A stretch of 49,339 nt of DNA from an uncultured Candidatus Peribacteria bacterium (lineage in GTDB: Bacteria > Patescibacteriota > Gracilibacteria > Absconditabacterales > Absconditicoccaceae): contig CAZBWI010000041.1 of the NCBI GenBank assembly GCA_964495825.1, positions 1-49,339 of the forward strand, in the 5' to 3' direction. Below, one piece after another: positions 43,177 through 49,339 of the stretch. The notes under the pieces were generated by a model that was given only the letters and a program-made list of their open reading frames with translations, had not been told where the DNA came from and ran no database searches. Position 1 is the stretch's first letter. Each line of letters begins with the position of its first letter. The translations under genes and the position numbers were made by a program.

Positions 43177-46100
43177 ATGACAACAACAACCCAGGTAGAG
43201 ACATTGCAGATTAATGTAGATCAAATCACTGCAGATTTGGCTGAAGCGAAAAAACTCACTGACGAGACGCTCAAGAAGACAAAGGCCGAAGCAGCACTGC
43301 TTAAAGCGGAAACCGCTAAGACATCGATAGAGAAAGCCAAGGAAGAAGCAAATAAGAAACTGGAGGCGCTCAAGAACAAGACCGATGCTACTTCCAAAGC
43401 AGAAGCAAGGGAATTGGAAGCAGAAATCAAGGAATATGAGGATATGCTAGTTACGCTAGATTCCACGAAGACAGAATTGATGACCCTCAAGACCGGTGTA
43501 ACGACTCCAGTAGAAACTCCGTCAACCAACAATGAAACCGTCGATAATACTTCTGATCTCGACAAGATTACTGCCGGCATAGCGGAATTGAAGACGATGG
43601 CTACTGCACTTCAGACATTAGTCGATGATTTCAAAAAAAATAAAGAGACACTGACAGAAACGGAAAAGACCGCCAAGCAAAAAGAGATAGATGACAAAAA
43701 AGCCGCTATGGAGGTCAAAAGAAAAGAGATACAGGATCTGATAGATAAAATAAGGAAATGACGATCCGACGTGAAATTCGACGACATCGAAGATCAGACA
43801 ATCAGGGAAACGCTCAAGGATCAGAAGCTCAAGGAAGAAGCGACACTCAAGGAGAATGAAAAAGAGCTCAAGGAGATTATAACGCCTTCGACCACCTTCC
43901 GGGAAAAAGTGAAAGAGAGAGCAAATAAAACCCGATGATGGGTCAAAGAGCATCCACGGCAAACAGCCGGTATAGCGACAGGAGTCGGTTTAGTCATCCG
44001 AGGAATCAGCAGATTATTCAGAAGGAAAAAGAAAAAGAGCGAAGAAGGTGAAGAGGAAAGCAAGGAAAAGAAATGATTTTGGGATCGCCGATATGGAAAA
44101 GCGCTGAAGCGGTGATTGATCGGTACAGGTATCCGGTTCATCGGTAAGGGATTGATTACCGGCAAACGGCCTCGATCCAAAGAAGAAGGAACCGGCGCTG
44201 ATGCAGGCGATGTTATGAAGTCGACAGAAAACGGAGCGAAAAGCTTCGAAAAATTGCAGAAGGAAGATAAGGAAACTGCGGAAAGCTTGAATACCGTCGG
44301 CGATAAAGTGAATGCGCTCTATGACGATGTCTATAAATTCAATGACGGCACTATCCCCGAATCCATGGAAAAAACAAAACTCGGTGCGGGTAAAGATAAA
44401 TATGCCTGAGCGATACCGCTTGCATTGCAGAATACCTTCGGCGATATCAACGATATGGAAGGACAGAAATGATTCTTTACGATCTGTTCGTACAGCACGC
44501 TGACAGAGATCAAAAAAGAATTTGCAAGCATGATAGCGAACGGATTAGCAACTGTAGCAAGCAATACCTTGTCTATCTTCGGATTCTCATGACTATTGGA
44601 CAAGGATAATGTCGAAGCTAAGGTTGAGGAATTCCTCTGAGGAACGAATAAGATAGACGAGGTGCATTTGGTGTTCAGAAATATCCTTAAAGTGATGTCC
44701 TATACCAACTACCTGGAAACCGCATATCTCGCCAAAGAGATAGATACGCAAGTGAAAGTTTGAAAGACATTATATAAGAAGAAGGATGATGGTACCTATG
44801 AAACCATAACCTTCCCGACAGACGAAAAGGAAATAAAGGAACTGATAACGAATATGCAGTATCATCCATCGGATTATAAAATAGGGACCACGGATGTCGA
44901 TGATCTGAGAGATGAATTCAGATCAAAAAAGCTTTCCGAGATATTTACTACCTACTCGATGACTACAGCTGATATACTGAAGTATAACTACGACATCACC
45001 GATGATCTGAAATCCATCAATGATAAGAGGGATGAAACCGTTGATAATCTTACCGCTGACAATAAGGAAAAAACACTTGAAACGCTCAAGAGCGGAGTTG
45101 AGGATGAAATAGCTGACGGAATGCGGGAATCAACCAAAAGATTATTCCCTTTCTTGCATATCACGGAGATTAGACGGGATGAGACGGCGACCAAGAAAAA
45201 AATCAAGGAAGATGCATGATTCAAAAAGATATTAGCTGATTTTTATACGAAATTCGATGAATTGAAAAAAGAGACGGATATGACCAAAGTCAAAGCATCT
45301 ATAGATGAATACTATGCTACGCTCAAGGAATTGCGCACTACGCAGAATAGTATCGTGGATATGACGGACAAGAACGGAAATATCCTAGTTGGAGCTGTTA
45401 CAACATTCACCTCTACATTCACGTGAATCGGGTATTGCTTCACACATGGTGCACAACTCATCTATGAATGAGAATATCTGAAATGAGCGGCATATCTGTA
45501 TGGAGGAGTATCGTCTGTAGCAGTTATAGGAAATCTAGTATGATTATCAAAATCTAACAGCGTACTTGGAACAGCGACCAGACGATCCACTAATATCGCT
45601 AAGGCCCCATTCAAAGTGATAGATGCGATGCTTCCCAAAAGTCTTATGCTTGCGAAGGTGACTGATTATATCCCAACTTGTCTCGCAAAGACATGGTATA
45701 ACACTCCCAAAGCGATTACTGGATGACTGAGCCGCGGTATGTCTTTCCAAAAAGCGTATAGTCTTTATAAAGCAGTGGGTCCCTGCGGAGAAACAGCAAA
45801 ATGATTTTTCACTGACGTGCTTAATATCGAAGGAAAAGATAGAGCATTCCTTACAAGGTTGGAAAAAATCGTATTCAAAGATAAAAAAATGACAGATATA
45901 GGAAAACAGTTTTTAGAAGAAGCGGTAAATAGACCATCGATTTTCAGTACAAAAAAAACAGTGAATGTATTCGATCTGGATAATCTTGTCACCAAATATG
46001 AAGGCATCATACAGGCAAATGCTGCTGATGAGGCTCTGCTTACTGGTGTTAGTAATGTAGCGAAGTATACAGGTGATTTGTGAGATCTTACGACATTAGC

Positions 46101-49100
46101 GGGCAGCTATACCAATTTATTTGCTAAGGGAGATAATGTAAATACCTTAACAGTCAAAATTCTTAAGGAACGATGAACTGCGGAAGGTAATGCAAGCAAG
46201 TATTTAGATTTAACAAACACGGAACAGATTTCCAAAGCCAAGGCATATGCTGAAAAAGTAATGGAACTCAATAATAATGCGGCAGAGTGAGCTGTAGAGA
46301 CAACAAAGATAGGAAAAGCTCGGGAATCAGCAAAAACGATGTTCAAAGAGGGTATGGAAAAAATCAAAAGCTTATTCAGTTCTAACAAGACGCTCTCTGC
46401 TGCACAGAAGACAGGATTGGAGGAATGAATAAATAAATCAATACAAGAAACCGAATCCATTACATGAGAAACCGTAGAAAAAGCTGCAAAAAATCCGGCA
46501 GGAGAAGAAGCAAAGACTGTTGCAGGTGCAATGCAAGGAAAGATAGGAATCCGGGCTAGAGTATTGAAACGGAGTCCATTGCTGATAGACGGAATCATAA
46601 ATATATTCAGAGGTGTAGGTATGATGAATGAAGCTGATGAAATCTCAGAAATCAATGTGGAAAGAGGATCAGTAAGGGAAGAAAAGGCAACATTCACGTT
46701 AACATTGGCAGGAGTTGAATTGACCGTCTTTGCAGTAGGTGTCGCATTGAGTCGGAATCCCGCATGACGGGTCATCCTTGCCATCACCGTTGGAATCGAA
46801 GCGCTCAAATACGGAGTGAATAAATATTATGAAGTAGTGGAGACCTATTACAGGAATTTCGAGGATTTCAAGAGGATGCATATGGCGCATATCAAACAAG
46901 AGATCATCTCCAAGGAAGCTCGGGGAGATGGAATAGATATCTCTCTTCAGGAGAATTTCCAGGAAGCGGTATGAGCGGTATTTGGTTCAGCATGTCATGG
47001 CGAAGGCAAGAAGATACTTTCATTGAAGACCAGGGAAGATGCGTTGAGGGCATTGATCCGGATGGAAGAATGCGAGAATTATCCGTATGCGACATTGAAT
47101 CTCGATTCGTTTAAGGGAACGGAATATACCGAATTGCAGACAGAGGTCAATAAACAGAGCGATGCGATGAAAGCCGATAGTGTGACGAGATTCAATTATA
47201 TCAAAGAGAAATACGGAGACAAATTTATCGCCGCTGAAAAGATAGAAAGTGCAGGAGGAAAAGAAGAATTAGATAGGGTGCTCTTGGAGTCGAGGGAATA
47301 TCTTGCGATGACCAAGGACACGACAACGACAGCTACGGATATCGATACGTATCAGGCAGAGAGGCTTGCAAAACTCAAGGAGAATACATGATTTGAAAAA
47401 TTGGAAGCTATCTATGCATCCAATCCGTTGCAGTTCCACAAGATCATGAAGTCATTTCCGTACTACAGCTTTCTGTTCCAACAGTTCGACAAGGACACGT
47501 ATGCAGATTATGACAAAATCAAGACAAATATGGATTATGTGGTGCAATATTACAGCTACAAGACATTCTGATTGCTTCCTTCGAATATCCCTGATATCAC
47601 GGTAGATGCTGACAAGGTTGATTATTCCATGATGGAGATATTCTTCAAGGAGTTCACTGTCAAACCGACGGGATTGACCAAAGAGGATCTAGGAGAAGCA
47701 TTCAGTAACAATCAGCTTGATATCATGACGCCGGATATGGTGGAAAGTCAGGAAAGCGTATCGGCTTCATTATGACAGAATGTCCTCTATAGGATAGCTA
47801 AGGAAGTGCTCGGAGGATATCGCGGAAAAAATGATCTGGATGATCTTAAACAATTTTATTTGCCATCTGAAAAGGAAAGAAATGGTATCTATTATGAGGA
47901 CGGTGAATGGATGCTTAATCAGACGTCCAGTCGATATAGTGTCAATCGATGGGCCCCGACTGCTACTCCAATTTATAATGCGATGGGAATAGGAACATCA
48001 GACAAGGATAAGACTTTTGCAACCGATGATACCTTGGATGATGTAGAAAAAATAACAGCATTATCTGAAGTAGTGTCCAGATTTACCACGGAAAGTATTT
48101 TCCATGGGAAAATGATTCATACCGATACAGGAACGGGTGATGAGCTAATCAATGCAGAATACGGAAGTATGATAAATGATATCATCAAAGAGGAATTGGC
48201 TTACAGGAAACCGGAATATGTTACTAAAATAAAGGATGAGGCGCTTGAATATATCAAGGATAATAGCGATGGCAAGTATATCCCATTATCATCCGATCTG
48301 ATCAATAAGTTGACTAAAGCCGGTGTAGAGAATATCTGATATTATTATTATATACGAGATGGTACCAAGGTAAGCGCGTTAGAAGCAATAAAAGGCGCTA
48401 TACCGACCTTCTTGGCATCCAAAAAATGCTGATTGACAGAGAATGTGGAAACATATAATGTAAAGAAAATAGAATATTCCGATGAAATCAAACAAGAGAT
48501 AGCTGTTATAGATACATCTATCGCTAAATTGTCAGCAACGATATTATTGGACGACGAAGATCTGGATGTTCAAGACGATATCAAAAAGATGATAGCCAAA
48601 AAAGCATTGAAACGGACCGAGCTGAAGACAGAGCTCAATTATATGGACCAGGGAAAAGCAAAAATTCTCCTAGATAAAAAATACGAAGAATTCAAGACAT
48701 TCTTTGAAAATACATATTTGATGATATTGCATTGTGCATCGGCAGGTTCCAGTAACGACGTAGATACCTATGACGATTACCTGAGCATCAGTACATATTC
48801 ATCGGCATCTTTGGTGGATTTCAAAACTGATAGCGGAACGATGCAGGCGAGCGTGGCTATACCAGATTTCAAGTATACCGATGAATTTAATGCTACGATA
48901 CTGACCTATGAGATACCTGGAACCAAAAAGAAAATTCCAGATCTCTTGAATTCCAATAATGCTGATGATATAACATTATGAAAAAAATATGCAGAAGCGG
49001 TCTTGAAATCCGTACTTGAATCAGCAATGTTGGATTTCGATGCTAATGGTGCAGCAAATGCTGTATACAATGCTGGAAACCGTGATGTAGATAATGAAAT

Positions 49101-49194
49101 GCTTCAGAAAAGGTTGGTATATAATATAGCTGCCGTGGATTCGGAAGTATCAGCATCAAAGTCAAAAGACGATAATACATCAACAGATGAATAA
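43177..49194 (+). CDS. giant membrane-associated protein, unknown function (2005 aa)
   Basis: Ten track ORFs (43177..43761 through 49003..49194) all share one frame. Every inter-ORF gap was read triplet by triplet and contains TGA but no TAA/TAG. Coiled-coil K/E/T-rich N-terminus, TM clusters near codons 255-330, 770-800 and 1130-1170, acidic C-terminus. TAA at 49192-49194. Confidence 0.8.
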
Positions 49195-49250
49195 ATAAAA
49201 TTTGGGTCTAGAGTAGTTGAAAAGGTTTAAATTATCATTATAACCAGTTC

Positions 49251-49339
49251 ATGACTACTAAAAACCCCTATAGAAAAAATAGCCACTTGTGAGTGTGAAA
49301 AACTAGAGAAATTTTGAAGTATTTTTCTAAAGATTTAAC
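49251..49339 (+). CDS. 5' end of a CDS running off the window
   Basis: ATG 49251 then MTTKNPYRKNSHL-G-V-G-KTREILKYFSKDL... Too short to call. Confidence 0.3.

Noticed and set aside
46107-46808. 233-aa minus-strand track ORF inside the giant gene.
   Set aside because: It is an antisense shadow of the 2005-codon plus-strand frame. Its Ser/Ala/Leu-rich composition is typical of the reverse complement of a K/E-rich coding strand.
1-49339. Reading the window as a decaying genome whose genes are pseudogenised by nonsense mutations (standard code).
   Set aside because: The supposed nonsense codons are exclusively TGA, and they coincide with invariant Gly positions. The frame never shifts, and TAA/TAG appear only at sensible protein ends followed by terminators.
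49251-49339. IS/transposase N-terminus at the window end (HTH-like ..KTREILKYFSKDL).
   Set aside because: Only 29 codons are visible. The resemblance is impressionistic, and no inverted repeats were seen.

Overview
This is an AT-rich 49.3 kb chromosomal segment that looks like a CPR-type bacterium (Gracilibacteria/Absconditabacteria-like). The main observation is the genetic code. The supplied standard-code ORF track is fragmented because in-frame TGA sits at invariant glycine positions (ValRS FTMDE-G-LS, UvrA LS-GG-E, DHFR II-GG-A, kinase G2 box F-G-L-G-L). In addition, CGA and CGG sit at invariant tryptophan positions in ValRS, DHFR, GuaD, SufS, DUF59, DUF58 and an OmpR-type regulator, while AGA/AGG/CGT/CGC carry the conserved arginines. 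I re-read the window by hand with TAA/TAG as the only stops and checked gene frames against the track coordinates. It then resolves into about 46 tightly packed CDS.

- **Housekeeping genes:** valS, femAB-like, yebC, recX, folA, truB, uvrA, tsaB, ruvX, murE, rsmE, ftsQ-like, guaD, sufS, plus DUF1846, DUF58, DUF59 and DUF212 proteins.
- **Pilus-related:** a prepilin peptidase operon.
- **Regulation:** an OmpR/histidine-kinase pair with two small secreted or membrane proteins downstream. All three promoters carry the same 11-bp-spaced direct repeat.
- **T4SS-like genes:** two VirB2/TrbC-like pilins and a VirB4 N-terminal-only ORF, converging on a lytic-transglycosylase-like gene and two large paralogous polytopic membrane proteins (651 and 833 aa).
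- **Giant ORF:** a single 2005-codon ORF (43177-49194) that the track shows as ten pieces.
- **Other:** an orphan IleRS C-terminal-domain ORF, a dispersed family of short-word palindromic elements (some inserted in frame in uvrA and pilD), and two candidate structured RNAs.

I recognised no rRNA, tRNA, CRISPR array or clear transposase. All product calls rest on motif recognition by eye; no searches were run.
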